Assembly (NCBI GenBank): GCA_964000485.1
Contig: CAXEYO010000002.1
Span: 11,999 to 75,998, forward strand
DNA length: 64,000 nucleotides
Direction of reading: 5' to 3'
Source: an uncultured Alphaproteobacteria bacterium
GTDB taxonomy: Bacteria > Pseudomonadota > Alphaproteobacteria > Puniceispirillales > Puniceispirillaceae
Of this stretch, positions 46,774-58,862 are shown piece by piece (positions within the stretch are counted from its first letter, which is position 1; every line of letters starts with the position of its first letter). A program made the translations under genes and the position numbers. The notes under the pieces were generated by a model. That model made no database searches. It saw only the letters and a program-made list of their open reading frames with translations, and was not told the DNA's origin.

Positions 46774-48071
46774 TGTCTTGCTCTCTGTCACTATCCTTCT
46801 CGGCTGCCCGTCAGGCCTTTATTAACGATATCTTTTCTATCGCTCGTTCTGCAGGAGGAGAAGCGCGTCTGGTTGGTGGGGTGGTGCGCAATGGCCTTCT
46901 AGCTCGCGATAAAGGGTGTGGCTTTGAGCCTGAACAGGATTTAGATGTTGCGGTCAACCTGCCGGTGACGGTTTTTGCTGAAGCTGCCCGTCAACAGGGG
47001 CTGCGTGTTCTTGAAACTGGTTTTGCTCATGGCACAGTGACAGTTATGGCTAACGAACAGCAGGCAGAGGTAACCCAGCTGCGCTCAGATGTAGATACAG
47101 ATGGCCGTCATGCGACGATCAGGCCTACCACAAATTGGCAGACGGATGCCCTTCGGCGAGATTTCACCATTAATGCGCTTTACCTTGATGCAGAGGGGAG
47201 CGTGTACGATTTTGTTGGCGGCCTAAAAGATTTAGAACAGGGTTATTTGCGTTTTGTTGGAGAAGCCGCGCGCCGGCTGCAAGAAGATCATCTTCGGCTC
47301 CTGCGTGCGCTGCGCTTCCTTGCCTGTTATCCTAATTTGTCCATGCCGGAAAGAGATCAACTAGCCTTATCCCAACATGTTGATCTGCTTCCAATTTTAT
47401 CTGCAGAGCGTATCGCAGGAGAATTGAAACAGCTGATGACTGGGGCTGCTGCTCTGCCTATCTTACGCCAGGCTTCAATAATCGGCGTTGATCGAGTTTT
47501 GTTTGGCACAATTTTCAGCGCGGATATCCTAGTCCACCCGGTTTTGCAAAAATTATGGGGAGATTTAAGCTTTGTCCAGAGGCTAGCCTGTTGTCTACCT
47601 GTTGGCGAGCGCGCGAAAGCAGGCAGAATACTGAAACTCAGTCGGGCAGAACTGCGCTTTTTGCTCTCCGCAGACCAGCCCGCGGATAGATTTCTTGTTG
47701 CTGGGTTGTTGGGCCCGCACTGGGCCCGTTCTGCTTATCATTTGGGTGATGTTGGTTTTCTTCACGCGTTGCAGGCAGCCTGTTCTTATAAAGATGCCGA
47801 CTGGAACAAAACTTGCACCGGTAAGGTCATAGACCAGCTTTCTGAGCAATTGAGGCGAATTTTCTTTTTCCAACCTCCTAGATGTCCTGTTTCAGGCCGT
47901 GATGTGATACAGCATTTTAGGCTGTCCGGGCCAGTGGTTGGGGCCTGCCTTGATCAGCTCCGCCAGCTATGGGCAGAGACTGAATTCACCGCGACGAAGA
48001 CCCAGCTTCTAACCCATGCTAATCTCAAAGATTTTATTGACCAAAACAAAAGCAGTGATAAAGACAGATGA
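46773..48071 (+). CDS. cca: CCA tRNA nucleotidyltransferase
   Basis: [40 protein letters not shown]. Confidence 0.92.
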   Translation: MSCSLSLSFSAARQAFINDIFSIARSAGGEARLVGGVVRNGLLARDKGCGFEPEQDLDVAVNLPVTVFAEAARQQGLRVLETGFAHGTVTVMANEQQAEVTQLRSDVDTDGRHATIRPTTNWQTDALRRDFTINALYLDAEGSVYDFVGGLKDLEQGYLRFVGEAARRLQEDHLRLLRALRFLACYPNLSMPERDQLALSQHVDLLPILSAERIAGELKQLMTGAAALPILRQASIIGVDRVLFGTIFSADILVHPVLQKLWGDLSFVQRLACCLPVGERAKAGRILKLSRAELRFLLSADQPADRFLVAGLLGPHWARSAYHLGDVGFLHALQAACSYKDADWNKTCTGKVIDQLSEQLRRIFFFQPPRCPVSGRDVIQHFRLSGPVVGACLDQLRQLWAETEFTATKTQLLTHANLKDFIDQNKSSDKDR

Positions 48072-48949
48072 TAAATCGTGCGCCACCAGATTTTCTGACC
48101 CCTGATATGGCTAGCTTTTCTGTTCGTGTAGCAGACTGGTTTGAAAAACTTCGCGATAATATTTGCGGCGCGTTTGAAGATATTGAAAGTGAAGCAGGAG
48201 ACAGCCCGTTATCTGACCAGCCATCAGGTCATTTTCAGCGTAAAAACTGGTTACGTGGCGGCGGTGGCGGTGGCCAAATCTCGGTCATGCATGGGCGCGT
48301 TTTTGAAAAGGTCGGGGTCAATATTTCAGTCGTGCATGGCCAGTTTGCAGAAGATTTTAGGGCCCAGATTCCCGGTGCAGCTGATGATGGCCAGTTTTGG
48401 GTAGGCGGGATCTCACTTGTCGCGCATCCGCAGAACCCATTTGTACCTGCTGCCCATATGAATACCCGCTTTGTAATCACCAGTACGGCTTGGTTTGGTG
48501 GTGGTGGTGATTTGACACCTCTAAAACCTGCTCCGAAGCAGGCAAATACATTTCATGCTGATTTGAAAGCTTGCTGTGAACGCCATGATACTGATTATTA
48601 TCCGAAATTTAAACAATGGTGTGATGATTATTTTTACCTTAAACATCGTGATGAGCCACGCGGGGCGGGCGGTATTTTTTTTGATTATCTAGACAGCGGC
48701 GACAGAGAAGCTGACTTTAGCTTTACCCGGGATGTTGGCAGCAGTTTTGCAGTAAGTTACGCCAACATCGTCCGACAAACTATGAATAACCACTTTACAG
48801 AAGAAGATAGACATTACCAGCTTGTCCGGCGGGGCCGTTATGTTGAGTTCAACCTACTCTATGACAGAGGCACGTCGTTTGGGTTGAAGACCGGCGGCAA
48901 TATAGAGGCTATTTTGATGAGCCTGCCCCCAGAAGTTAGATGGCCGTAA
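48068..48949 (+). CDS. hemF: Oxygen-dependent coproporphyrinogen III oxidase
   Basis: [39 protein letters not shown]. Confidence 0.98.
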   Translation: MINRAPPDFLTPDMASFSVRVADWFEKLRDNICGAFEDIESEAGDSPLSDQPSGHFQRKNWLRGGGGGGQISVMHGRVFEKVGVNISVVHGQFAEDFRAQIPGAADDGQFWVGGISLVAHPQNPFVPAAHMNTRFVITSTAWFGGGGDLTPLKPAPKQANTFHADLKACCERHDTDYYPKFKQWCDDYFYLKHRDEPRGAGGIFFDYLDSGDREADFSFTRDVGSSFAVSYANIVRQTMNNHFTEEDRHYQLVRRGRYVEFNLLYDRGTSFGLKTGGNIEAILMSLPPEVRWP

Positions 48950-49187
48950 TCCAGCTTGTTTTGGTTAAATATCAACAGGTAAAAATAGTAACTTCCCAAC
49001 TTGCTTTATGCCATCTGCTTGCGCTAATTTAACGCAGTGGGTGATATAGTAATTCCACTGCTTGTGAATTACTATAATCGTGTTCGGGAAAGGTGTGTGC
49101 AACGCACTGTCATTTTCGTTGACGCAAAAGTACCGCACAAACAGGCTGTCCGCAGATGAGGGGCTGGCTGCTTGAAATGAGGGAAAG

Positions 49188-49742
49188 ATGGCTGCATTAA
49201 AGACTAAAAAGGCTGCACCGGCAGCAGACCAGAAATCTCGGCGTGATTTCATTGTTGTTGCAACTTATTCAATGGGGGCCGTTGGTGCTGGGGCCTTTGC
49301 CTGGCCACTTATTGACCAAATGAACCCCGCAGCTGATACACTCGCGTTGGCCAGCATTGAAGTGGATGTGTCAAAAATTGCTGAAGGGCAGTCCATTACA
49401 CTAAAATGGCGGGGCAAGCCCGTTTTTATCCGCCATCGCACAAAAACTGAGATCGATGAAGCGTTGCGCGATGATGCGCTGAACATGAGGGACCCGCAAG
49501 TCGATAGTGACCGAGTTCAGAAGCCGGAATATCTTGTGGTATTGGGCGTATGCACCCATCTCGGCTGTGTACCACTCGGCCAAAAAGTGGGTGAGGTGCG
49601 CGGCGAATACGATGGCTGGTTCTGCCCCTGCCATGGTTCGCACTATGATTCATCGGGCCGAATTCGTAAAGGGCCTGCGCCAACAAATTTAGAAATACCG
49701 CCCTATGCCTTTCTTTCAGATGAAGTGATAAAGATTGGTTAG
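49188..49742 (+). CDS. petA: Rieske Fe-S subunit of cytochrome bc1
   Basis: SRRDF Tat motif, CTHLGC, CPCHGS. Confidence 0.98.
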   Translation: MAALKTKKAAPAADQKSRRDFIVVATYSMGAVGAGAFAWPLIDQMNPAADTLALASIEVDVSKIAEGQSITLKWRGKPVFIRHRTKTEIDEALRDDALNMRDPQVDSDRVQKPEYLVVLGVCTHLGCVPLGQKVGEVRGEYDGWFCPCHGSHYDSSGRIRKGPAPTNLEIPPYAFLSDEVIKIG

Positions 49743-49769
49743 CTTAACAATCTTAAATTTTAAGGAATT

Positions 49770-51035
49770 ATGAATATGTCTGCAAATCAGTTCAAAAATC
49801 CGGTCGTGCGATGGATTGACCACCGATTACCGATTTTTAGTTTCCTTAATCATGAGGCGACTGAGTACCCCACACCAAAAAATCTCAACTATTTTTGGAA
49901 CTTTGGGTCTCTGGCCGGTATTTCACTGGTCATAATGATCATCACCGGGATTGTGTTGTCGATGAATTACACAGCGCATGTTGATTATGCGTTTGATTCA
50001 GTTGAACGGATTATGCGTGATGTCAATCATGGCTGGTTGTTGCGCTATATCCATATGAATGGTGCCTCATTTTTCTTTATTGTTGTATTCATTCATATTT
50101 TTCGGGGCCTATATTATGGCTCCTACAAAGCGCCGCGAGAACTTTTATGGATGCTGGGGGTTGTGATACTACTATTAATGATGGCAACAGCCTTTATGGG
50201 CTACGTTCTGCCTTGGGGACAGATGTCTTTCTGGGGGGCAACTGTAATCACTAATTTATTTTCGGCCCTTCCCTTTGTTGGTGAAGGCATTGTTACATGG
50301 TTGTGGGGTGGGTTCTCTGTAGATAACCCGACACTGAACCGGTTCTTCTCTCTGCACTATCTTTTGCCTTTTGTCATTGTTGGTGTTGTGATTCTGCATC
50401 TTGTGGCTTTGCATCGGTTTGGTTCAAATAATCCGCTGGGCATCGATACACGCGGCCCGCAGGATACGATTCCGTTCCATCCTTATTACACGATAAAGGA
50501 TTTCTTCGGTCTGTCTGTGTTTCTAACATTCTTTGCAGCAGCTGTGTTTTTCTTCCCAAATTTTATGGGCCATCCAGATAACTATATTCCTGCCAATGCC
50601 CTGCAAACTCCGGCGCATATAGTGCCTGAATGGTATTTTCTGCCTTTTTATGCTATTTTGCGGGCCGTGCCTGATAAGCTTGGCGGTGTACTGGCTATGT
50701 TTGGTGCGATTGCGGTGCTATTTATTCTTCCCTGGCTGGATAGCTCTCCCGTGCGCTCTGGTCGCTTCCGCCCGATCTTTAAAATTTTCTTCTGGGTGTT
50801 TTTTGCTGATTGTCTTGTTCTTGGATACATAGGAGCGATGCCTGCCGAAGGAATTTATGTGGTGATTGGAAGAGTAGCTACAGTCTGGTATTTCCTGCAC
50901 TTTCTTTTGATTTTGCCAATATTGTCTGTGGCAGAGACGCCCCGACCGCTGCCGCAATCGATATCGACGCCCATATTTGGCGGTGCCGGAGCCATGGCTG
51001 GTGCGGCGGCTGCCCCAAAAAGGAAAGTAGAATGA
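49770..51035 (+). CDS. petB: Cytochrome b
   Basis: [22 protein letters not shown]. Confidence 0.99.
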   Translation: MNMSANQFKNPVVRWIDHRLPIFSFLNHEATEYPTPKNLNYFWNFGSLAGISLVIMIITGIVLSMNYTAHVDYAFDSVERIMRDVNHGWLLRYIHMNGASFFFIVVFIHIFRGLYYGSYKAPRELLWMLGVVILLLMMATAFMGYVLPWGQMSFWGATVITNLFSALPFVGEGIVTWLWGGFSVDNPTLNRFFSLHYLLPFVIVGVVILHLVALHRFGSNNPLGIDTRGPQDTIPFHPYYTIKDFFGLSVFLTFFAAAVFFFPNFMGHPDNYIPANALQTPAHIVPEWYFLPFYAILRAVPDKLGGVLAMFGAIAVLFILPWLDSSPVRSGRFRPIFKIFFWVFFADCLVLGYIGAMPAEGIYVVIGRVATVWYFLHFLLILPILSVAETPRPLPQSISTPIFGGAGAMAGAAAAPKRKVE

Positions 51036-51811
51036 AAAAGCCCATTTTGACATTGGCGGCGGCAGTCATCAGCGCGTCTTTCAGCCTTCCTGCGCTTTCA
51101 GCCGGTGGCGGTGATGTCATTTTGAGGCAAGAAGAATGGTCTTTTTCAGGGCCCTTTGGGACCTTTAATAAAGCCTCTATGCAACGTGGTTTTCAGGCTT
51201 ACAAGGAAGTCTGTGCGGGCTGTCATTCAATGAACTACATTGCCTTCCGCAATTTAGCTGACCTTGGCTATAACGAAGCTGAGATCAAAGCAATTGCCGC
51301 TGAATATGAGGTGGAAGACGGGCCTAATGATGAAGGAGAGATGTTTATGCGCAACGGCATCCCTGCTGATCGCATTCCTGCTCCCTATCCGAACGAGCTG
51401 GCGGCACGTGCAGCGAATAATGGGGCCTACCCGCCGGATTTGTCTTTGATTGTCAAAGCACGGGCTAACGGGGCAGACTATCTGTATTCGTTACTTACCT
51501 CGTATGAAGATGCACCAGCCGGAACAGTTGTGCCTGAAGGCATGTATTATAATGCTGCTTATTCAGGGCACATGATCGCGATGCCACAGCCGCTTTACGG
51601 TGATGATGTGGAGTATGCGGATGGGGCAGACACATCTATGGATGCTGTCGCTAAGGATCTGGTCAATTTCATGGCTTGGGCAGCTGAGCCAGCCTTAGAA
51701 GAACGCAAACGCATGGGCGTTGCTGTAATGATCTTCCTGGTGCTGTTATCTGGCCTGTCTTTTGGAGCTATGCGCTTTATCTGGGCAGACGTGAAAAAGG
51801 CCGAAGCCTGA
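51032..51811 (+). CDS. petC: Cytochrome c1
   Basis: CAGCH heme motif, PPDLSL, MPQPL, C-terminal TM helix. Confidence 0.98.
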   Translation: MKKPILTLAAAVISASFSLPALSAGGGDVILRQEEWSFSGPFGTFNKASMQRGFQAYKEVCAGCHSMNYIAFRNLADLGYNEAEIKAIAAEYEVEDGPNDEGEMFMRNGIPADRIPAPYPNELAARAANNGAYPPDLSLIVKARANGADYLYSLLTSYEDAPAGTVVPEGMYYNAAYSGHMIAMPQPLYGDDVEYADGADTSMDAVAKDLVNFMAWAAEPALEERKRMGVAVMIFLVLLSGLSFGAMRFIWADVKKAEA

Positions 51812-52090
51812 CACATCTGAACCGAATTCGATAAAAAAAGACTGTTTGTATCTGCAGTTTCTTGGAAGCCACTTAGTTTGGTGAATGAAATTGGTTATCT
51901 TTTATTTTGTTGGTGCTCTTCTAGCACCAACACGACCAGCTTTCGCCAAGCGGCATTTATGTGGGTCAGAGAGCCTTTACTGTAATTTTGAAATAAGTCA
52001 GCACATCGAGGTCAAGAGCGATAGTCACCTGTTGTTTTTTCAAGCGGGCAGCTAGAGGGTAGTGACTCTCTCCAATGTGAACATTCAGCG

Positions 52091-53191
52091 TTACACATTA
52101 AAACGGAAATGGAATATGTCACCGTCTTTCACCTTATAATCTGCGCCTTCAATCCGCAGTTTGCCGGCATCTTTTGCGCCAGCCTCGCCCTGATAGGCAA
52201 TATAATCATCATAGCTGACGGTCTCTGCCCGAATAAAACCGCGCTCAAAATCCGTATGAATCACCCCAGCCGCCATTGGCGCAGTTGCAAGGTTGCGCAC
52301 AGTCCAGGCCCGGGCTTCTTTAGGGCCAGCGGTAAAAAAGGTAAGCAGATCGAGCAGGTCATATCCTGCTCGGATCAGCCGGTTCAGCCCCGGTTCTTTG
52401 AGTCCTAAATCAGATATGAATTCCGCTGCTTCTTCATCAGATAATGTGGCTATTTCAGCTTCGATTGCAGCAGACACAATTACATAGGCTGCTCCTTCTT
52501 CTTCTGCTTTTTCAGCAACTTCTGCTGACAGGGTGTTGCCTTTTGCACTGTCGTGTTCAGATACATTACAGGCATATAAAACCGGTTTTGCAGTTAGCAG
52601 CTGATACTGCGGCAAGCGCAGGGCCTCAGTATCTGTTAATCTGTTGACCGTGCGTACCGGCAGTCCTTCTGACAGGCCTGCAAACAGCTTTTCCATCAGT
52701 GCCAAATCAGCTGCTGCCTGTTTATCACCGCCTCTGGTTTTCTTGGTCAGGGCTGCCATCCGGCGTTCTAAACTGTCCATATCAGCTAGCATCAATTCCG
52801 TTTCCACAGTTGCTGCATCACGGATAGGGTCAACTGAATTCTCAACATGAGTTATATCACTGTCGTCAAAACAGCGAAGCACATGAATAATCGCATCAAC
52901 CTCACGGATATTGGCTAGAAACTGGTTGCCCAGCCCCTCACCACTGGCCGCCCCCCGCACAAGGCCTGCGATATCAACAAATTCCAAAAAGGTTGGGATC
53001 ACCTCGGCAGATTTTGCAAGTTCTGCAATTTGGTTGAGCCGCGGGTCAGGGACAGCGACCCGGCCTGTATTCGGTTCAATAGTGCAGAATGGATAATTAG
53101 CAGCATCCGCTGCGGCTGTCTTGGTTAGTGAATTGAACAAGGTTGATTTGCCCACATTTGGCAAACCCACAATCCCGCAGTTAAATCCCAT
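52091..53191 (-). CDS. ychF: Redox-regulated ATPase YchF
   Basis: GLPNVGKST, NYPFCTIEPN, DIAGLV, FRFNV. Confidence 0.99.
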   Translation of the reverse strand: MGFNCGIVGLPNVGKSTLFNSLTKTAAADAANYPFCTIEPNTGRVAVPDPRLNQIAELAKSAEVIPTFLEFVDIAGLVRGAASGEGLGNQFLANIREVDAIIHVLRCFDDSDITHVENSVDPIRDAATVETELMLADMDSLERRMAALTKKTRGGDKQAAADLALMEKLFAGLSEGLPVRTVNRLTDTEALRLPQYQLLTAKPVLYACNVSEHDSAKGNTLSAEVAEKAEEEGAAYVIVSAAIEAEIATLSDEEAAEFISDLGLKEPGLNRLIRAGYDLLDLLTFFTAGPKEARAWTVRNLATAPMAAGVIHTDFERGFIRAETVSYDDYIAYQGEAGAKDAGKLRIEGADYKVKDGDIFHFRFNV

Positions 53192-53202
53192 CTACTTGCT
53201 CC

Positions 53203-53817
53203 CTAACCTTCATCTGCCTTATGATTATCTGGTTTATCATTATTATGAGGGGCAGGGGAAAGATAGGCCACACGGGACGCAAAACCCTGCGGGTCACCTG
53301 TGGCCAAACGCTCAGCCTCGTCACTGACTGCAGCAAGCAACCCGTCCAGCCAGCTTTGATGTTCAGATGCAGTGAAATTCTGCAACACCCATTTATAAAC
53401 GTCATTTTTTTGAGCAGGCCTTCCCACACCAATCCTCACTCGCCAGTATTCCTTGCCCAAATGGCGGTCAATATCGCGCAACCCATTATGCCCGCCATGC
53501 CCACCACCTTGTTTGACCCGGCACCGGCCTTCGTCTAAATCGATCTCATCATGAAAGACGGTGATCTGGTCTGGGTGCAGATTGTAATAGCGGGCAACAT
53601 TGGCTACAGGCAGGCCAGACTTATTCATGAATGACAAAGGCTTTAACGCCCGTATCTTGACTGGTCCGATGCGGCCTTCGCTGACCGCAGATAAAGTGTT
53701 TACTTTCCATTCAGAAAAGCTGTAATCACGAACAATTTGGTCAAGTGCCATAAAGCCGACGTTATGCCGGTTGCCGGCATAACTTCGTCCTGGATTCCCC
53801 AGACCTACCCACAGCAT
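53203..53817 (-). CDS. pth: Peptidyl-tRNA hydrolase
   Basis: GLGNPG, RHNVGF, FMNKSG, HDEID, GGHNGL. Confidence 0.97.
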   Translation of the reverse strand: MLWVGLGNPGRSYAGNRHNVGFMALDQIVRDYSFSEWKVNTLSAVSEGRIGPVKIRALKPLSFMNKSGLPVANVARYYNLHPDQITVFHDEIDLDEGRCRVKQGGGHGGHNGLRDIDRHLGKEYWRVRIGVGRPAQKNDVYKWVLQNFTASEHQSWLDGLLAAVSDEAERLATGDPQGFASRVAYLSPAPHNNDKPDNHKADEG

Positions 53818-53917
53818 TCTCTGTCCTCTTCTTTTTATGTAGTATAAAAGGCCAGACGCGCGGCTGCAGTCTAGCCTATTTATGCATAGCAGCTCTACAG
53901 CAGGTTGATGGGCAGGC

Positions 53918-54571
53918 TTATTCTTCGCTGTCTTCCGCTGCCTCTTCGCCGTCTGCTGCAACCTCTTCGCCGTCTTCATCCTCGTTCTTCACGCCGCCGC
54001 CTGGTGACTGCAAGGTGGCAACAGTAAAGTCACGATCGGTGATGGTTGGTGTGACGCCCTCTGGCAATGTGATGGCACTTATGTGAATTGAATCGCCAAT
54101 CTTGACATCATCCAAATCAACCACAATCTTCTCAGGAATATCCCCTGCCGGACAATTGAGCTCAACCTCAAAACGGACGACGTTCAGCACGCCACCAATC
54201 TTCAGGCCAGGTGATTTTTCATGATTGATAAACTCAACAGGCACGCCAACTGAAACAGTTGATGATTTGCCCACACGCAGCATATCTAGATGCAGCGGCT
54301 CATCTGTTATAGGGTGCATCTGAATATCACGGGTAAGAACAGTTGCAGTGTTGCCTTCAACATTGATGTCTAAAAGGCGGCCAAAAATGCCTGGCTCATT
54401 AATCACTTTGCGGACCACCCGCTCTTCCATCTCAATGCTCAGTGGTGCTTGTTTATCGCCATAGATAACGGCTGGTATCCGGCCTGCGCGGCGTGCCGCA
54501 CGGGCGGACCCCTTACCGACCCGATAACGCAGAGTTGCGTCAATAGAAGTATTTTCTGACATTGTTGTCAT
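53918..54571 (-). CDS. rplY: 50S ribosomal protein L25/Ctc
   Basis: GKGSARAARR.G.IPAVIYG, Q.HP, HLD, GDSIH, acidic tail. Confidence 0.97.
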   Translation of the reverse strand: MTTMSENTSIDATLRYRVGKGSARAARRAGRIPAVIYGDKQAPLSIEMEERVVRKVINEPGIFGRLLDINVEGNTATVLTRDIQMHPITDEPLHLDMLRVGKSSTVSVGVPVEFINHEKSPGLKIGGVLNVVRFEVELNCPAGDIPEKIVVDLDDVKIGDSIHISAITLPEGVTPTITDRDFTVATLQSPGGGVKNEDEDGEEVAADGEEAAEDSEE

Positions 54572-54592
54572 CCTTGTCTTTTTATTTGTTTT

Positions 54593-54634
54593 AAAAAAAC
54601 ATGCGCCCTTGCCTCCAGGGGTGCAAGCGACGCA
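54593..54634 (-). promoter_or_regulatory. Hairpin plus U-tract in the prs-rplY spacer (leader or terminator)
   Basis: Minus strand TGCG-TCG-CTTGC-ACCCCTGGAG-GCAAG-GG-CGCA followed by TGTTTTTTT. Confidence 0.5.
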
Positions 54635-54703
54635 ATCAACCCTCTTTAGGCTGAACCGGGGAAAATATCAAGAAAAATCGATGCTGTGGGTGTGCTGCTG
54701 TTT

Positions 54704-55636
54704 CTATTGAAACAGACTGGAGACAGACTTTTCCTTATTGATTCGCATGATTGCCTCACCTAGTAGCGGAGCAATTGAAATCTGCCTGATATTCCGTGCT
54801 ACTCGCATTGCTTCTGTGGCCTGTATCGAATCTGTTGTGACAAGTGATGAGAGAGGGCTTGACGCGATGCGTGAAACCGCCCCACCAGACAAGACTCCGT
54901 GAGTGACATACGCATCCACACTCAACGCACCAGAATCCATCAGTGCCTGAGCAGCGTTGCATAAAGTGCCGCCTGAATCGACAATATCATCAACCATGAT
55001 ACAATTTCGGCCATCCACATCACCAATGATATTCATCACCTCAGACACCCCAGCTTCTGGCCGGCGTTTATCAATAATGGCTAAGTCTGCATTCACCCGT
55101 TTTGCCAGCGCCCGTGCCCGGACTACCCCTCCAACATCAGGGCTGACCACTATCAGATTGCCATTTGCGTATTTTTCTTTTAGAGCAGTTGTAAACACTG
55201 GGGCAGCAAACAGATTATCTGTTGGGATATCGAAAAACCCCTGAATCTGGCCGGCATGCAAATCAATTGTCAGCACCCGGTCAGCTCCAGCCGTCGTTAT
55301 CAGATTGGCCAGCAGCTTGGCAGAGATTGGCGTGCGTGGGCCTGATTTGCGATCCTGCCGCGCATAACCATAATAAGGCAGTACGGCTGTCACGCGGTGG
55401 GCAGAACCGCGCCGCAGTGCATCCAGCGTAACAAGCAGTTCCATCACATTATCATTTGCCGGGTAGGATGTGGACTGCACCACAAAAACATCCTCACCCC
55501 GCACATTTTCCTGAATTTCGACAAACACTTCCATATCAGCGAAGCGTTTTACATCAGCGCGTGTCAGCGGCATATCCAGATAGGCAGCAATAGCCTCAGC
55601 TAGGGGACGATTGGAATTGCCGGACATGATCTTCAT
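54704..55636 (-). CDS. prs: Ribose-phosphate pyrophosphokinase
   Basis: [39 protein letters not shown]. Confidence 0.99.
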   Translation of the reverse strand: MKIMSGNSNRPLAEAIAAYLDMPLTRADVKRFADMEVFVEIQENVRGEDVFVVQSTSYPANDNVMELLVTLDALRRGSAHRVTAVLPYYGYARQDRKSGPRTPISAKLLANLITTAGADRVLTIDLHAGQIQGFFDIPTDNLFAAPVFTTALKEKYANGNLIVVSPDVGGVVRARALAKRVNADLAIIDKRRPEAGVSEVMNIIGDVDGRNCIMVDDIVDSGGTLCNAAQALMDSGALSVDAYVTHGVLSGGAVSRIASSPLSSLVTTDSIQATEAMRVARNIRQISIAPLLGEAIMRINKEKSVSSLFQ

Positions 55637-55862
55637 CGCAGCAGCCTGTTATTTGTTACTCGGGACAGCTAGGGCATTACGGTCCTGTTTGCACAACACC
55701 GATGGCTGAACGCTCATGCAGTTGTGATAGCAATCTGACCCGCTTACCGCAAGGCAAAAAGGGAACATGCCCTCACACCATCACGCAAGAGGTGACTAGC
55801 CCGACCATTAGCAACCCTAAAAATATCCATAAATGCGGCATGAATTTCTCTCGTTTATCTTC

Positions 55863-56663
55863 CTAGCTTTGCGTGATCACAGAAATTAGACGTCCTGAAT
55901 CCGGCTCTGACCTATGGGTAGCGCGGCGATGGCTAAAAAACAGCTCATCTTTATCATAGGTATTCAGTCCACAATCATAAACTTGGCTGAGACCAGCTTC
56001 CTTGCTGCGTTGCAGGGCAAAGCCAGGCAAGTCAAACAGCCATTTTTCTGGGACAGAGGGATCGGTGGTAAAACAAGTTTCCGCTGTCTGATGCCGAGCG
56101 GTAATCTCTACTTTCAGTTTAGGGCCGACCTGATAGTTGATTTGTTGGATTCCGGGGCCGATCACCATCACGATGTGATCTGGCGTTGCGCCTAGGTTCT
56201 GCATCGCGCTAACCGTAGCTTCGATGACGCCGGCCATAGCCCCGCGCCAGCCCGCATGCGCTGCCCCAATAACGCCTGCCTTTGGGTCACAAAACAATAC
56301 CGGCAGACAATCTGCAGTCAGGATGGCCAGCCCGGTGCCGGCCAGGGCGGTGACATACGCATCTGCCTGTGGTCGGTCTCTGTAAGGGCCAGGGTAAGTC
56401 AGGGTCACACATTTCGGGCTGTGAATCTGATACAGCCCGGCCATCTGTGTCAGTTCAAGCCCCATTGTACCGGCAACGCGGCCTCTGTTTGCTCGCACCA
56501 TTTTTTTGTCATCATCTGATCCCAGCCCACAATTCAGGCTGTCATAAATACCTGTGGACAGGCCGCCCTTGCGGGTGAAAAATCCATGCCGCACACCGGC
56601 TCGTTCTAGCGCTTGATGGCTGAAATAAACCGGACCGCCCGGGCAAGTCTGCTTCTGGATCAT
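55863..56663 (-). CDS. pgeF: Purine nucleoside phosphorylase / peptidoglycan editing factor (YfiH family)
   Basis: HGFFTRKGG, QIHS, TADCLPVL, AHAGWRG, FSHRR. Confidence 0.93.
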   Translation of the reverse strand: MIQKQTCPGGPVYFSHQALERAGVRHGFFTRKGGLSTGIYDSLNCGLGSDDDKKMVRANRGRVAGTMGLELTQMAGLYQIHSPKCVTLTYPGPYRDRPQADAYVTALAGTGLAILTADCLPVLFCDPKAGVIGAAHAGWRGAMAGVIEATVSAMQNLGATPDHIVMVIGPGIQQINYQVGPKLKVEITARHQTAETCFTTDPSVPEKWLFDLPGFALQRSKEAGLSQVYDCGLNTYDKDELFFSHRRATHRSEPDSGRLISVITQS

Positions 56664-57781
56664 CTACCCTTCCTCTCACTCGGCTGCAGGCCTGTTTCAC
56701 GCAAACTGGCAAAGCCGGCAGGCAGCCCTTCACCAGCAGGAACCAGCAAGGCAATTTTGAACAGCCCACCCATATGCTGAGGCGCGCAGAGCCTGTCAAG
56801 CGCGGCGGAAAGGGCTCTATCTCTCTCAGGATCATCTTCGCGCCGCAGCGCTTCTGCTCGCTTCTCAATGCCCAACTCACTCAAGAAATAGCTCTGTTCG
56901 ACAGGCCCGACCAACCGCGCGCCTTGTGCTTCTGCACAGCGGGCCAGCGCCGCAAAATCCACGAGGTGAGAAATATCGCTGAGCCCCGGCATGTCCAGAA
57001 CCGGCACCGCTTTGTGCGCGCGCACCGCTTGCAGACTGTCGTACTGCCGGTTCGCCTTGCCGTAATCACAGATCAGCACACTACCTCCAAACCGGGCTAC
57101 ATGCCGGGCCAGCCTTGCCAAAACAGCTTCAGATGCCGGACTGAACTCAGCCACACTGTCTACCGGCGCGTCAGCAGCCAGTTTATGCTGCCGCATCTCA
57201 TCAGGGTGCAGTGCTGGCCCGTCACAAAAGACAAATTGGTCTATGTCCAGCCCAATCGCCCTCCAGACCCAGCCCTTGTCGCGCTTGATCGCCTGCCGGA
57301 TTGCCAGCGCATCAAAAAATTCATTTGCCACCCCAAATAAAGGTACTTCAGGCAGGTTGTCTGCAGTTTTAGCCAGATGGATATCCAGCCCGCTGAAACG
57401 GCTGGTCAGTACACTGCGCAAATAGGGGCTGGTTTCCAGAAAGGTGACTGGGGCAGTAGCCATCTGCGGGCAGATCTGACGCCAGCTGCGATGCATATCT
57501 TCAAAAAGTGTGCCGCGGCCCGGCCCTGCTTCAAAAATCATCATCTCATTAGCATCTGGACTGCCTGACAATTCCCACAGCCAGGCCTGAAAGGCGGCCA
57601 GAATTTCGCCAAACAGCTGGCTGATCTCGGGGGCAGTGATGAAATCACCGTCCTTGCCAAACCGGTTGGCTTCAGCATAATAGCTGTCTTGTGTTGTGGT
57701 CATTACCTTGTCTAAAAACAGTTCCAGCGGGAGCGGCCCTTCTGTTTTAATATGAGTTTTCAGACGCTCAGCAAGGCTCAT
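56660..57781 (-). CDS. SAM-dependent methyltransferase, NDUFAF7/MidA family
   Basis: GDFITAPEISQLFGE, EAGPGRGT, NEFFDAL, DYG, MGGLFK. Confidence 0.92.
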   Translation of the reverse strand: MSLAERLKTHIKTEGPLPLELFLDKVMTTTQDSYYAEANRFGKDGDFITAPEISQLFGEILAAFQAWLWELSGSPDANEMMIFEAGPGRGTLFEDMHRSWRQICPQMATAPVTFLETSPYLRSVLTSRFSGLDIHLAKTADNLPEVPLFGVANEFFDALAIRQAIKRDKGWVWRAIGLDIDQFVFCDGPALHPDEMRQHKLAADAPVDSVAEFSPASEAVLARLARHVARFGGSVLICDYGKANRQYDSLQAVRAHKAVPVLDMPGLSDISHLVDFAALARCAEAQGARLVGPVEQSYFLSELGIEKRAEALRREDDPERDRALSAALDRLCAPQHMGGLFKIALLVPAGEGLPAGFASLRETGLQPSERKGR

Positions 57782-58599
57782 GCCAACCTCTGTCTTGAGC
57801 ACCAAACGAGACCCAGAAGACCGACTGTGATCATGGGTAGACATAAAAGCTGACCCATGGTCAGGCCAGCAGAAAACACACCTGTCGCCAGCAGGCCAAT
57901 ATGGGCATCAGGTTCTCGCACCAGCTCAATCCCAAATCGAGCCAGACCATAGCCGGCTAGGAAGCAGCTTAAGATGAGGCCATGTACAAGTTTCTTTTCT
58001 AGCTGCCAACGGCGCAGCGCCCAGACCACACATAACAACATAAGCCCCTCAAGACTCGCTTCGTAAAGCTGGCTGGGGTGGCGTGGCAGCGGGCCGCCGT
58101 CAGGAAACACCATACCCAGCGGATGATCGGTTACCCGCCCATATAGCTCACCATTGATGAAATTAGCCAGCCTGCCGAAAAACAGTCCCAAAGGCGCCAC
58201 CAGCGCTACCTCGTCACCGATCGCTAGCGCTCTCAGCCGGTAGCCGCGTGCGCACCATAAGATAGCCAGAATTACCCCAGCTAGTCCGCCATGAAAGGAC
58301 ATGCCACCTTCCCAGACTTTTAGAATATCCAGCGGCGCTGCAAGATAGGCAGCAGGATTGTAAAACAGAACATAGCCCAGCCGACCACCTACTAGTATCC
58401 CGATAAGGCAGGCATTCAGCAACCCGTCCAGTTGGTTGTTGTCCAGAACAGACTGACCGGCCCTTATCTGTCGGCGCATCACCCACCAGCCGCCTATCAG
58501 CCCTGCCACATAGGCCAACGCATACCATCTGATTTGCACGGGGCCCAGTGCAATGGCCACGGGGTCTATCGCTGGGAAGGTGAACAGTGTTTCGGTCAT
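57778..58599 (-). CDS. lgt: Prolipoprotein diacylglyceryl transferase
   Basis: IRWYAL, GGRLGYVLFY, GGMSFHGG, GRLANFINGEL, RHPSQLYE. Confidence 0.98.
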   Translation of the reverse strand: MTETLFTFPAIDPVAIALGPVQIRWYALAYVAGLIGGWWVMRRQIRAGQSVLDNNQLDGLLNACLIGILVGGRLGYVLFYNPAAYLAAPLDILKVWEGGMSFHGGLAGVILAILWCARGYRLRALAIGDEVALVAPLGLFFGRLANFINGELYGRVTDHPLGMVFPDGGPLPRHPSQLYEASLEGLMLLCVVWALRRWQLEKKLVHGLILSCFLAGYGLARFGIELVREPDAHIGLLATGVFSAGLTMGQLLCLPMITVGLLGLVWCSRQRLA

Positions 58600-58862
58600 C
58601 TCGTTATGCGTCCTGTATAATTGGCCACAGCACTGGCAAGCCGCCCGGGTTGGCTTGTTCTGCAGATATTGGCATTCTGGAACAGCATGCTATATATCAT
58701 ATTAGGCCTGATGGGCAGTTCAGCCATGCCTTATATCTTTATGGTTGAGGTTAGCTGAATTGTCCATATGGTCTGCATCGTCCATTGAGGGCCAGACGCT
58801 TCATATTCAAGGCAGGCTGTCTTAACTTTCAAGAGTTGTCTGTCACAGGAAAGACCAGAGTT

